Below are positions 23,860 to 33,830 of a stretch of 36,285 nucleotides of DNA, piece after piece. This DNA is from a virus, in the UHGV virus genome UHGV-0162400; one strand, given 5' to 3'. The notes under the pieces were generated by a model. The model ran no database searches, was not told the origin of the DNA, and was given only the letters and a program-made list of their open reading frames with translations. Position numbers and translations under genes: made by a program. How positions within the stretch are numbered: the first letter of the stretch is position 1; every line of letters starts with the position of its first letter.

Positions 23860-26800
23860 TTAACTCCTTTCGCTTAGTGCTTTTCTTAATCTTTTTATCT
23901 CATTCCACATCAGCGGAATAAACTGCTCATATGCAAGTGCATACTGACTGCCATCGCCGTTTATATCGCAGAAACCTGCAAAATCATCTGTCGTAAGCCT
24001 GCATTTTTGTAAAGCGGATAAAACATCTTGTGCGATAAAACCGTAGTTTTTAGCGGTTGATGAATCGCCATTGTAGAAAAATGACTTTCCATCAAGATAA
24101 TCGAATAAATATTCAGATCCGCTCGGCAAGTCGGCTATGTGGTTTTTCACACGAGCATCTGACGATGTAGTGATAGCCTTTGTCGAGGTGATAGCAGTTC
24201 CTATCAGTTGCAAGGATTGCGTGCTGTTTCCGATTTTTATAAAATCGGCGCTAGTAACTCCGGTTGTTTGCTGACGCACACACGCATGAGTATCATCGGT
24301 GCCCAAGTTAAAATGCAAGGGCATATACAATCTAACTGTAGCGCTGCTATATGATAACGATGCCATTGGTGTAATTGCATTAGTACCGTTCGGACGGCTG
24401 AACTCTATTTTGTTACCGTTGCCGCATATTAGTCGTGTTGTACCCGAAATATCAATACTTCCGACATGAAAGTGATTCGATGTTGTTAGTGCTACAAGTC
24501 GTACAATATTACCATCAGTATCTCGGCTATTTGTATACGAACCATTTGCTGTCACCATTCCTCTTTCATTAAACATTACATAGCAATCATGGTTTTTTTG
24601 CAGAGCCGCACTCCCTCTGGATTCTGCTATTAAATACAGTTCTCCGAGACTATTACTGATAGCAGTACCACCAAAAAACGGATAGATTGACGTTGTAGTT
24701 GCAGTACGGATTCCGTTTTCCAGCAATTCGATATTTATTTGTCCGTCTGATAGTGTTATCAGCCCTGTACTACTTTGTGCATAAAAAGCTCCATTGCTCA
24801 AATCCCATTTTGACCCTCTTATAAACTCCGAGTAATTAGTGCTCTTTATTACTCCGCCCACAATCACATCACCTTTGATTTCGGTATCCGCAATAATCTT
24901 CAAGGCCTCGCTTGTCAGCTCCATACTGCTTGCCGATGTTCCCGATTTCACAAGCCACGATATTTTGTCGGCTTTCTGCTCTACGACGGAAACCTTCTGC
25001 GTTACGCTGTCGTTTGTTGCGTATGTGCTTTCAACAGTTGTTTTAAACCCATCTACCGTTTGCTCAAGACTTGACTGCTTGCTTGATAACGATGTTATTT
25101 CGGCTGTGGTATCCTCAGGAGCAGGCGACCAATCCGTAGCCTTAGTGCCTTTTTCGAGTTTGATGTTGCAAGCCTCGATCATGCCGTTTTTATCAAGCGC
25201 AAGCGCCACGCATTCGAGTTTTGATATATCGCTGTCATTTATCGTCCACGTCTTCTCGTAGTAAATCCACTTGTCTTTTACAGTATCAGCCCCCACCGTC
25301 AGCGACAGAGCGTACAGCTTTTTATCGTCTGCCGAGCGGAATCGTGCCATTACATACCCACTTGCGTCAAGATTAGCATCGCTTCTGACCTTTATCCACG
25401 CCGAAAGCGTGTAGCTTGTGCCGACGTTAAAATCTGTCATTGCGTGTTTTTTGCTCGTGCCAAAATATCGTGCATTGTCGGAATAGCCTGTTCTGGATAT
25501 TGCAAGGCTATTTCCCGATATTCCGCCGTCAACAGTTATTACAGTGTTACCGCTCCAGCCGTTTTTCAGATTTCCCGTGCTATCATACAGCAGGTTTCTT
25601 CCGCCGATCTGAATATTATCAACCGCCGACTTCGTGGCATACGTTTCCGATACGGTCGTCCGAAAGCCCGACAGGTCGCTTTCAAGAGCAGAAGTGCGAG
25701 TGCTGATACTGCCTATGCTTGTGGTAAGTTCAGTAAATTTTGCATTTATCGTCTGTGTCGTACCGTCTATGACCACCTTACTTGTCTTAAGATAGGTGCT
25801 GTTATCGGCATTGATACCGTCTATAATGCTCGAAATATCCAGCTTACTGCCACTGATATGCGCATCATCTGCTACCATATCATTTTTGATAATGCCGCTT
25901 TTGATGCCGTCCTCGTGAAGTCCGTCATAAGAAGTAAACATTATCTTTCCGTCTACATCGGTAACGTAAATGCCATAGTCGGATTTACCGTCCTCGCCTA
26001 TCTGGACACGGACGGTATTGTTTACATCCTTTATCTGTATTGTGTTTCCGACTATCTGTAGCTTACCACTGCTTGATTTTATCGTAAAATCATCGGTTTC
26101 GATAGTCTTTGACCGGAAGTTTGCGGCTGTAAGGTCCTTTATCAGTGCAGTCGCTATTTCTGCGTTTTCGGCAGTCAGCTTTATAGCTGTCAGCTCACCT
26201 GTGCCGGCTTTGCCTGACAGCAGAACATCTATGTTTGCAACATCGGATTTCAGCGATTTAAGCGTTGCCGTATCAGCTACAAGCGTATCTATATCCGCTT
26301 TCTTCGCATACAGCTGTTCAACGTCTGCTTTCTTTGCCGTCAGATTGTCGATTGTGGCGATCTGTGCGGTAAGCTCCGTGATATCTGCCTTTGCGGCGTA
26401 GACATTTTCAAGGTTTGCGATCTGTGCATTAAGCTCTGAGATATCCGCTTTTTCGAGCAACGCCTGTTTTGCACTGATTATATCGGCGGTTATACGTTCT
26501 GCCTGTTTCTGAGCAGGTGACTTATAGCTTTCGCCGCTGTCCGCAGACTGTTCTTCAGCCGGTGCTTCTATTGTCATGGAAAGTCCGCCATTAAACGTCA
26601 TAGAAATAGTAGCGACAGGGATTTTCACAGTTTCTCCGCCATAGGTTATGCTGACTGTATCCCACGCATCTATCAGCATATTGCCAAGCCTTAACGGAAT
26701 TTCGCCCGTGCGGTATTTAAATCCGTTTAATAACTTCTGCACTGCATTCAGTTGTGCCTGCGTCATAAACAAACAATCGTATGTTATTGCAGTACCTGTG

Positions 26801-27471
26801 CCGGCTGTAAAATCTCCACACACTACACGGCCGACAGTGATATCATCGGTTGCAAGCGTGGGTGTGTCATAGCAGTTTTCGGACAATTGCACCGTATTAT
26901 CAAACCACTTGAATATTATCTTACCGGTGCGGTCACAGACGGCGAATCTGCCGTACAACCCTGCGATATGACCGATTATTTCACGACAGGTATAGCCTTC
27001 GGGTTTGTCTTTTACTGCTACTGCCGTAAGTTCCGAAGTGTCAAAGGACACGCCGCACTTTGTAGCGATCTCCGACAGTATTTTCAGTGTTGTGGACGGA
27101 TATGTAAGGCTTGAAAAATAGCCTTTTTCCGTCTTTGCCATATTATCCTCAAGCGTTACCGACAACCGTTCTCCGCTTTTCTCAATCTTCTTTACCGCGA
27201 AAACTCCTTGCGGAGCGTATTCGCCGTTCACGCCGAAATACAACGTGCAAGTGCTTCCCTTTCTGACTGTCGCAGGAAGTACCGACAGCTCGACTTTGGC
27301 ATTTGCAATAACAGTTCCGCCCGGTGCTATACTGTCACTGCACGATCCACCGGAATAGCTGACGCTGAACATATCGTTCACCGCTACACTACCGAAATCC
27401 AGCTTACAGCAGTAGACTGGTTCTGCACTGTTCAATGCCGTCTTAAACTCATCCGAAACATTTGTATACAA
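23860..27471 (-). CDS. Tail tip/fibre protein with coiled-coil repeats, carbohydrate-binding-like module and C-terminal intramolecular chaperone (S74)
   Basis: KADIxxLxA repeats; IGGRNLL...KLEKGTKATDWSPAPED module; SDARVKNHI...YGFIAQDV...YEQFIPL. Confidence 0.85.
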   Translation of the reverse strand: MYTNVSDEFKTALNSAEPVYCCKLDFGSVAVNDMFSVSYSGGSCSDSIAPGGTVIANAKVELSVLPATVRKGSTCTLYFGVNGEYAPQGVFAVKKIEKSGERLSVTLEDNMAKTEKGYFSSLTYPSTTLKILSEIATKCGVSFDTSELTAVAVKDKPEGYTCREIIGHIAGLYGRFAVCDRTGKIIFKWFDNTVQLSENCYDTPTLATDDITVGRVVCGDFTAGTGTAITYDCLFMTQAQLNAVQKLLNGFKYRTGEIPLRLGNMLIDAWDTVSITYGGETVKIPVATISMTFNGGLSMTIEAPAEEQSADSGESYKSPAQKQAERITADIISAKQALLEKADISELNAQIANLENVYAAKADITELTAQIATIDNLTAKKADVEQLYAKKADIDTLVADTATLKSLKSDVANIDVLLSGKAGTGELTAIKLTAENAEIATALIKDLTAANFRSKTIETDDFTIKSSSGKLQIVGNTIQIKDVNNTVRVQIGEDGKSDYGIYVTDVDGKIMFTSYDGLHEDGIKSGIIKNDMVADDAHISGSKLDISSIIDGINADNSTYLKTSKVVIDGTTQTINAKFTELTTSIGSISTRTSALESDLSGFRTTVSETYATKSAVDNIQIGGRNLLYDSTGNLKNGWSGNTVITVDGGISGNSLAISRTGYSDNARYFGTSKKHAMTDFNVGTSYTLSAWIKVRSDANLDASGYVMARFRSADDKKLYALSLTVGADTVKDKWIYYEKTWTINDSDISKLECVALALDKNGMIEACNIKLEKGTKATDWSPAPEDTTAEITSLSSKQSSLEQTVDGFKTTVESTYATNDSVTQKVSVVEQKADKISWLVKSGTSASSMELTSEALKIIADTEIKGDVIVGGVIKSTNYSEFIRGSKWDLSNGAFYAQSSTGLITLSDGQINIELLENGIRTATTTSIYPFFGGTAISNSLGELYLIAESRGSAALQKNHDCYVMFNERGMVTANGSYTNSRDTDGNIVRLVALTTSNHFHVGSIDISGTTRLICGNGNKIEFSRPNGTNAITPMASLSYSSATVRLYMPLHFNLGTDDTHACVRQQTTGVTSADFIKIGNSTQSLQLIGTAITSTKAITTSSDARVKNHIADLPSGSEYLFDYLDGKSFFYNGDSSTAKNYGFIAQDVLSALQKCRLTTDDFAGFCDINGDGSQYALAYEQFIPLMWNEIKRLRKALSERS

Positions 27472-27479
27472 GCTATCAC

Positions 27480-27854
27480 CTACCTTTCTATCAGATTTAT
27501 TGACACGCTCTTGTAATAATAGCCGCTTCCTGCATACAGCTTGCCTGTGGCGGTAAGATCTGTACTGTATGCGGTTATCTCCTTATATTCGCCGTCATAG
27601 TCGAATTTTACGGCAAAATAATCGGGTTTGCTCTCAAACAGATTACGCAGGCTCTTCACCTGCGCTTCTGTGAGAAAAGACCATTTAAGTTCTATCTTGT
27701 ATTTCCAGCAAAGTATGCTTCCGACAGTTGTTCCTGCGGCATTTCTGCCGGTGTTTGGTTCCCACGTCTTGCATCGTGTGGCATTATAGCCGTCAATATC
27801 GGGCGGCGTGAGTAGAACACCCTTAACCCATATCAGATTTTTAGCCAAGTGCAT
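27480..27854 (-). CDS. Putative distal tail protein
   Basis: Follows the tape measure gene; TGRNAAGT, KIELKW, SINLIER. Confidence 0.65.
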   Translation of the reverse strand: MHLAKNLIWVKGVLLTPPDIDGYNATRCKTWEPNTGRNAAGTTVGSILCWKYKIELKWSFLTEAQVKSLRNLFESKPDYFAVKFDYDGEYKEITAYSTDLTATGKLYAGSGYYYKSVSINLIER

Positions 27855-30800
27855 TTACCCCCGTTCTGTATGTATTCTCCTTGTTCAGACGTACTATCAA
27901 CCGGTAAAGCGTTTTACCGTCAACCTCACCCTTAGCGATAAGATTAAGACCTTTCAGAAACTCCAGTATCTCACGAAGCAGAAGTACGACTTCCGTCATA
28001 TCTCCGCCTTCGCCGATGATGTCCTTGAGCTTTGACAGAGGCGCAATTACCTCCGGGTCTGTTCCTGCATTACGGTTATCACCGACCATTGCAAGCGTAG
28101 GTGCATATGCAAGACCGCCCTTTGCAAGTTTAGGTATCAGCGGAGGATTTTCAGGCATTGAGAAATGCCAGTCCTGACCGAACAAATCGCCTATTGCACC
28201 TGCCACACCGCCGATAGCGTCAACTATACCCTTAACTGCGTTGTAAATGCCTGTCCAGAGCATATTAATACCGTCGATTATCAGATTGATAACTCCTTTG
28301 ATCACGCCCCAGATTGTGTTCCAGATACCGCTGAAAAAGTCGCATATTCCCTGCCAAGCCTTATTCCAGTCGCCTGAAAATACGCCTGTTATAAAGTCTA
28401 TCAGTCCGCCGAAGGTCTTAATAATACCGCCGATTATATCGCCGATAGCGGTAAATACAGTGTCAAAAACGCCTTTGACCGCCGCCAGTACATTTTTTAT
28501 CGTGGGTCCCAACGTTTTTACGAACCAATCGACAAACGGCTTTAGAAAATTCCATACTGCTTTTACGCAATCCACGATTTTTGCGACAACGGCAACGACC
28601 TTTACATAGACAGGCTTTATTGCTTTGTCCCACAGGGATTTTATAAGGTCACATACCCACTGTATAACGGGCTGTATCCACTCTTTATAGACCGTCAGCA
28701 CTGTATCACCGACTGAAGTTATAAGCGACTGAATAGCTTCCATCATCGGTTCGCCATACTGCGACCATAGCTTTGCCGAGGTTATCCACAAATCGCTCCA
28801 TACGCCCTGCAAGGTTGTCAGTATCGGCATAACACCGGTTACAAAAACCTCGTCGAATATTGTCTTGACGGTTTCAAAGAGTGTCGTCATAACCTCTGCG
28901 GTCGCCGTCCACTGATCTGTCAGCAACGGTAACACAGTTGTTATCATTGTGTTCAGCGAAGGGAAAATAACGTTATCCCACAGCTGACCGAACACAAGAT
29001 TAAACGTATCTCCAAGCCCTGAAGCTATCGTACCTATTGACTTAAACGCTGTCTGAAGCGCCGGAGTCAGATTATTTGTAAAATAGTTCTTGAACGGCTC
29101 GGCAAGAGTTGCCATATCACTCCAGGCCTTGCTCATATTATCCTTGAAGCCCTCTATAACGGGTGCAAATTTTTTGCCTATCTCCGCAAATATCGGAGCA
29201 AAATTTGTGTCGAAATACTTTTTGACGTTTGCAAACTGCTTTTTCAGCAGAGCAAACCCTTTTTTAATCTGCTCACGGATCTTATTTCCGATACCCTCGG
29301 CTGTCTTATCGCCCTCGCTGTCAAGTGCAGAGAGATCAGAGGAGGAGCTGTCGCTCTCGTCCTTTGAAGCAACATTCATCTCATCAAAACTTGCAAGGAA
29401 ACGGCTGTTTTCCTTAGCCTTTTTTCCGACAGCTTCGACCTTTTTTGCCGCTTCAAGCGACTTTTTATACGTTGTGCCGAACAGCCCAGAAATAAAGCTC
29501 GCTATAGCTTTTGTCGCTGTGGCAAGTCCGGATGCCAATGTATTAAGCGCAGGCATGATAGCGTTTACTATAGGCGTAAACGCAACCTGAAGATTGCCCT
29601 TTATCTGCTTTACACTGTTGCCGAACTCCTCGTTTGCACCGATAGCGTCCGACATTACCGACTTTATGCCACGAAACGCCGCATAAAGCCCTGCCATAAG
29701 AAACGTAGATTTAAGTGCGGATTTGACACTTTTACCAAGTCCGCCTATTGTCTTGCCGAATCCACCGGCAGAAGTTTTTGCTTTGCCGAGCGATTTTTCA
29801 GCAGAAGCACCTACTTTTTTGACCGACTTTTCAAGGTTATCAACAGGTTTTTCTGCTCTTTTGAAATGGCTTGCAAAAGAGGAAGCCAGTTTTTTCACAG
29901 GAGCAATGACCGAGTTATTTACCGCCGTGCCTACCGTTTTCAGCGTGTTTTTCACCTTTGAAACAGGCTGTATTATCTTGCTTGCCGCCTTATCGGCCGT
30001 TTCCAGCACCTGCTCAATCTTTTTACACCCCGAATCCAGTACGGCGGTAGTTTTTTCTACCGCACTCTGCACTTTTTCGTTTGATGCAGCAGCCTCTGTT
30101 ACCGCTGTTTTAACCTGCAGCATTTTGTCTATCAGCATCGCTATGACAGGTAACGATTGCAGATTTATGTTGTTTGTGCTTTCAGGTATCTTGTTTACCG
30201 CTTCGGCAGCCTGCCGTGCGGCTTCAGCCAGCTTTTTGGCTTCTGCATCCGCTTGCATTGCCTTATCTATCTTGGCTTTAGTAGCTTCGGACTGCTGCTG
30301 CAGTTTCAGCATACTTGTTTCAACGGCGTTTATTTTTTCTATTACGGCATTGCCCTTTTCGCCTGCCATGTCTTTATCAGACATTGCCGCCATTTCTCTG
30401 TTAAGTTGTTTCCACTTCTCCTGTGCAAGCTCTATCTTTTCGTTAGTCAACTCAAGACTTTTGTTCAGACGGTCGATAGGTTCGGAAGGAATTTCAAAAT
30501 TGCCGACATCAATTTCGGGGAGCTCCTCTTTTTCTTTGGACTTCTTCTTATCGCTTTTCGGCTGATAGTTGTTCACGAAATCCATAGCTTCTTTGCTATA
30601 ACCGGGTCCGAACTCATACTTGTTATTTATCGCTTTGCCAAGGCTTTCTGCTTCCTTTTTTGCTTCCTTTACAGGCTCGACAAGCGCCTTTTCCAGCGTT
30701 TCGGAAGCCTTTTCGGCACTTTCGGATATAGAGCTTTCAAGCGTCTTTCCTACCTCTTCGGCGGGCTTTTCGACCTTCTGCACAGCCTTTTCAACGCTCT

Positions 30801-31026
30801 GCGTCACGGTCTTTTCTACAGCCTTGCCGACTTCCTCAACAGGCTTTACAGCCTTATCGGCGGCTTTTGACACACTGTCGGTAAGTGCCTTTTCAGCGGT
30901 TTCACCGACCTTATCCCACTGCGACTGTATGCTTTTCTGTAAAGCCGAAAGCTGTTTGTCAAGCTCTGCGTCTATTATCAGCGACAGGCTGATAGTGCCT
31001 ACTGACGCACCGTTTCCGTCAGCCAT
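27841..31026 (-). CDS. Tail tape measure protein
   Basis: 1061 aa, helical Ala/Lys-rich; LASFDEMN; W/F-periodic repeats (VFSGDWNKAWQGI); IPKLAKGG. Confidence 0.9.
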   Translation of the reverse strand: MADGNGASVGTISLSLIIDAELDKQLSALQKSIQSQWDKVGETAEKALTDSVSKAADKAVKPVEEVGKAVEKTVTQSVEKAVQKVEKPAEEVGKTLESSISESAEKASETLEKALVEPVKEAKKEAESLGKAINNKYEFGPGYSKEAMDFVNNYQPKSDKKKSKEKEELPEIDVGNFEIPSEPIDRLNKSLELTNEKIELAQEKWKQLNREMAAMSDKDMAGEKGNAVIEKINAVETSMLKLQQQSEATKAKIDKAMQADAEAKKLAEAARQAAEAVNKIPESTNNINLQSLPVIAMLIDKMLQVKTAVTEAAASNEKVQSAVEKTTAVLDSGCKKIEQVLETADKAASKIIQPVSKVKNTLKTVGTAVNNSVIAPVKKLASSFASHFKRAEKPVDNLEKSVKKVGASAEKSLGKAKTSAGGFGKTIGGLGKSVKSALKSTFLMAGLYAAFRGIKSVMSDAIGANEEFGNSVKQIKGNLQVAFTPIVNAIMPALNTLASGLATATKAIASFISGLFGTTYKKSLEAAKKVEAVGKKAKENSRFLASFDEMNVASKDESDSSSSDLSALDSEGDKTAEGIGNKIREQIKKGFALLKKQFANVKKYFDTNFAPIFAEIGKKFAPVIEGFKDNMSKAWSDMATLAEPFKNYFTNNLTPALQTAFKSIGTIASGLGDTFNLVFGQLWDNVIFPSLNTMITTVLPLLTDQWTATAEVMTTLFETVKTIFDEVFVTGVMPILTTLQGVWSDLWITSAKLWSQYGEPMMEAIQSLITSVGDTVLTVYKEWIQPVIQWVCDLIKSLWDKAIKPVYVKVVAVVAKIVDCVKAVWNFLKPFVDWFVKTLGPTIKNVLAAVKGVFDTVFTAIGDIIGGIIKTFGGLIDFITGVFSGDWNKAWQGICDFFSGIWNTIWGVIKGVINLIIDGINMLWTGIYNAVKGIVDAIGGVAGAIGDLFGQDWHFSMPENPPLIPKLAKGGLAYAPTLAMVGDNRNAGTDPEVIAPLSKLKDIIGEGGDMTEVVLLLREILEFLKGLNLIAKGEVDGKTLYRLIVRLNKENTYRTGVNALG

Positions 31027-31383
31027 TTACTCACCTCCCCCGAATGCTCTTTTTATCATCATTTCAAGAGCCGTTAAATCGCTCTGTATCTGTTTTGGAG
31101 TTTTCTCTGCAAGCTGTTTCTTCGCTCTGAATGCCGCCCACTCCCGCCGTATGCGGTTTTCATACGGCGAAAAGTGTTTGAGCATCTCCTTGTTATCCTC
31201 GCTTCGTATCCGCACTGTCTGACCGAGCGGAGTATCATTCATAATGCCGGATACAAGGCTCAGCCAGTCAGAATAGTGCAGATCGTCCTGCTCGGACGGC
31301 AGTATGTGATACTGTTTTGCTATCGACTGCCGTATCAGCTCACGGTCATACTCGACATCGTACCAGACTTCATTACTCGTGAA
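31027..31383 (-). CDS. Tail assembly chaperone extension (A118 Gp15-like), probably reached by +1 frameshift
   Basis: Open frame FTSNEVWYDVEYDRELIRQSIAKQY...DTPLGQTVRIRSE with no ATG until 31242. Confidence 0.7.
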   Translation of the reverse strand, partial: FTSNEVWYDVEYDRELIRQSIAKQYHILPSEQDDLHYSDWLSLVSGIMNDTPLGQTVRIRSEDNKEMLKHFSPYENRIRREWAAFRAKKQLAEKTPKQIQSDLTALEMMIKRAFGGGE

Positions 31384-31675
31384 ATCGCTCGGTATCTTCC
31401 TGTCCCGTCATGGCGGATATTACTATCTCGGACAGCTTCTGATATGCCGCCCATGGCATATTCATTTCGCTTATCTCCTTAGCGGCGGCAGGCTCGAACG
31501 CCAGCTTGAACATCTCGTCAATCTTTTCAATGTCCTTCTTATCGCCGTTATTGTAAAGCGCCATTACCTTCTTGACCGTCTTTTCACGATCGTCTACCTT
31601 GTAGACCTTTTCACCGATTCTGATTTCGGGAACGCCCACGAGTAACTTTTCATCAAGTGTGTACATCTTAGCCAT
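31373..31675 (-). CDS. Tail assembly chaperone
   Basis: Between the major tail and tape measure genes; ends CGA TTT CAC GAG TAA. Confidence 0.75.
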   Translation of the reverse strand: MAKMYTLDEKLLVGVPEIRIGEKVYKVDDREKTVKKVMALYNNGDKKDIEKIDEMFKLAFEPAAAKEISEMNMPWAAYQKLSEIVISAMTGQEDTERFHE

Positions 31676-31689
31676 TGTATTTATCTCCT

Positions 31690-32139
31690 TTACTTTGCGT
31701 CTGTAAATGTGGGTTTGCCGTCAGACATAATATCAAATGCAAGAGGTGCGACCGCTGTGGAGTCGCCCGACTCCCACTCCGTCACGTTTATAACGCACGG
31801 TATTGTCAGCGTTGCGCCGCTGGGGAACGTCCACACTACAGTTGTGTGGCTGTCTGCGCCTGTTTTGAGTGCAAGTCCTGCTACATAATCGTTGCCTGCG
31901 TCACCGATGTTTCTCTTGCCGGATACGCTGACGGTCAGTGCCTTACCTGTCACAAGTCTTCTTGTCCAGCCTTCCTGATCGAACGGCTTCCACTCCTCGA
32001 CATTGCCGTCAATGGAAACCGAAAAGCTCTCCATATCGGCAATAGTTACAAGATTCTCGGCTGTCGCACCTGTTCCGCCTGTCTTGTCAATCTTGAACTG
32101 ATTTTCATATACGGGATATACTCCTGTTTTGTTAGCCAT
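31690..32139 (-). CDS. Major tail (tube) protein
   Basis: 149 aa; GKRNIGDAGNDYV, SDGKPT; position in the tail module. Confidence 0.85.
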   Translation of the reverse strand: MANKTGVYPVYENQFKIDKTGGTGATAENLVTIADMESFSVSIDGNVEEWKPFDQEGWTRRLVTGKALTVSVSGKRNIGDAGNDYVAGLALKTGADSHTTVVWTFPSGATLTIPCVINVTEWESGDSTAVAPLAFDIMSDGKPTFTDAK

Positions 32140-32141
32140 TG

Positions 32142-32534
32142 TTAATTACTCCTTTCGTAATAAACCGTCACATCAATAACGTACTCGCAGATACCTCTTT
32201 CATCTCTGCCTGCGTTATGCGCCTCACTGCAACTCAAAAAGCCGACCGTGTGCCCCCCGGCAGTATAGCCGTGTACATCGGTCAGCTTATCAAGTATTTC
32301 GTTTGCCGCACTCTCGGCTGTTGTCGGATTGTCCGTCCAGTGTATCAGTACGCTGATGTGCTTTTCAAGTGTTTTCGTGCAAGGCTTACCGCCTATGCTG
32401 ATTTTCTTAGGATAGGTGTTTTTTGACGCATACACGCCGATACACTTATCCTGATTTGCGTTTATACAGCCTGCGTATACATTCTCTATGCCGAGAACAT
32501 CAGCAAGCATATCGGCTGCTTCAAGTAACGTCAT
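32142..32534 (-). CDS. Putative tail terminator (A118 'minor capsid'-like)
   Basis: Position; GRDERGICEYVI C-terminus. Confidence 0.7.
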   Translation of the reverse strand: MTLLEAADMLADVLGIENVYAGCINANQDKCIGVYASKNTYPKKISIGGKPCTKTLEKHISVLIHWTDNPTTAESAANEILDKLTDVHGYTAGGHTVGFLSCSEAHNAGRDERGICEYVIDVTVYYERSN

Positions 32535-32896
32535 ACGCCTGTTCTCCTCTTGAAATCATATATAAACGCATCACGGGCAAGGTCTTTCTTTTCCCCGCTT
32601 ACATAAGGTTCAAACCACCCTGCCCCTGCGTTTGCGTTCTTGCCCTGCTGGAAGTGATATTCAGGGTGATAATACAGCCGCCTTGCCTGAGGAGAACCGG
32701 TGACTATAGTTGTTCCATTCTGAGTTGTTGCAACGAAAGTCTGATTATTCTGCATATCGCCCGTGTCAAACGGCATTGTCTGTGAGCTTACAAGGTCGGT
32801 ATGTACCTGTTCCATTGCTACCTCAGCACTTTTTAACGCCGCTGCTTCCAGATTTGCTATAGCAGCCTTGTCGAGCTTTACGGTTACTTTTATCAC
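32531..32896 (-). CDS. Neck/tail-completion protein
   Basis: MPFDTGDMQ, PQARRLYY, AGAGWFE. Confidence 0.75.
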   Translation of the reverse strand: MIKVTVKLDKAAIANLEAAALKSAEVAMEQVHTDLVSSQTMPFDTGDMQNNQTFVATTQNGTTIVTGSPQARRLYYHPEYHFQQGKNANAGAGWFEPYVSGEKKDLARDAFIYDFKRRTGV

Positions 32897-33228
32897 TATA
32901 TCAGCTCCAGTCTTGTGTAATTTACCGTCCCGTCGGGGTTTTTAGCCTTTTCCGAGCCGTATATCTTGTACTCTCTGCCACCTATCTCCACAGCTCCGTC
33001 AACTATCGGGCTGTCCGGGGCAATATCACCGCAGAAAAGAGCCTCGCCAGACAGCGTTATAAGCTGTTTTTCTGCGGATAATTTCTGCCGTGCTTTTTCC
33101 GAATGAAAGCATTTACCCTCAAATATGACCGTCCGTTTCTTTGAGCCGTCACGGTTAAGGCCGTCTGTACGATACACGGTACAAGGCGTTGTACAAACCC
33201 TTTCGGGTACAAGTTTCGGATATTTCAT
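32896..33228 (-). CDS. Putative head-closure protein
   Basis: Position; NPDGTVNYTRLEL; ATG at 33228. Confidence 0.7.
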   Translation of the reverse strand: MKYPKLVPERVCTTPCTVYRTDGLNRDGSKKRTVIFEGKCFHSEKARQKLSAEKQLITLSGEALFCGDIAPDSPIVDGAVEIGGREYKIYGSEKAKNPDGTVNYTRLELI

Positions 33229-33596
33229 TATAACCCCCTGTAGCAAAGGCCCGTCTGCAACAGCGTGTTATAAACCTGCCGTGTTGTAGTGACACCGCCG
33301 TAATTTATAACCTTCGAGCTGTCAAAGGACATTGACACACCGCTGATACTATAGGAACTGAGCGGACTGTCAAGCAGCTCGGCATTGTCAAAAACAAATG
33401 CTGTCTGCTGTGACAGCGCCAGCCTTACCTTATCCTGCTGAAACGCTGTCAGATTATTAAATCCTATAGCCGTTATGCGGTTGAAGGTCAGTGTGTCGAT
33501 GTCGCTCTCCGCCATGTTTTCAAGAGCGTTGTACTGCTGTTCGGTTATCGTACTGTCGGGGCATAAGGTCTGAAATTCCGCAAAAGTGAGGTACAT
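33228..33596 (-). CDS. Head-tail connector/adaptor
   Basis: MYLTFAEF, AESDIDTLTFNRI, SYSISGVSMSF, LLQTGLCYRGL. Confidence 0.8.
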   Translation of the reverse strand: MYLTFAEFQTLCPDSTITEQQYNALENMAESDIDTLTFNRITAIGFNNLTAFQQDKVRLALSQQTAFVFDNAELLDSPLSSYSISGVSMSFDSSKVINYGGVTTTRQVYNTLLQTGLCYRGL

Positions 33597-33820
33597 TAAG
33601 CCTCACCCTTTTTTGTCTTTGCCGCCCTTACCTGAGCAAGCTCATCACGGAGCTTTGCTATCTCCGCCTGAGCCTTTTCATATTCGGCATACGGCACGGT
33701 AGCCTGAGGAGAATGCTCCACAGCCCCGTTATCGCCGATTATGTCATACCCCTGTGCAAGATATGACTTCTTCTCGGCTTCCGTGATAGTATACTGCTTG
33801 TTTGCCTTTACTGCTACCAT
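33596..33820 (-). CDS. Small head-module protein
   Basis: 74-aa ORF with AAGGAGGT RBS after the major capsid gene. Confidence 0.75.
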   Translation of the reverse strand: MVAVKANKQYTITEAEKKSYLAQGYDIIGDNGAVEHSPQATVPYAEYEKAQAEIAKLRDELAQVRAAKTKKGEA

Positions 33821-33830
33821 AGTTACCTCC

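Noticed and set aside
24839..31222. Long plus-strand ORFs opposite the tail fibre and tape measure genes
   Set aside because: Antisense shadows of Ala/Lys-rich genes with Ser/Phe/Leu-biased composition and no recognisable motifs
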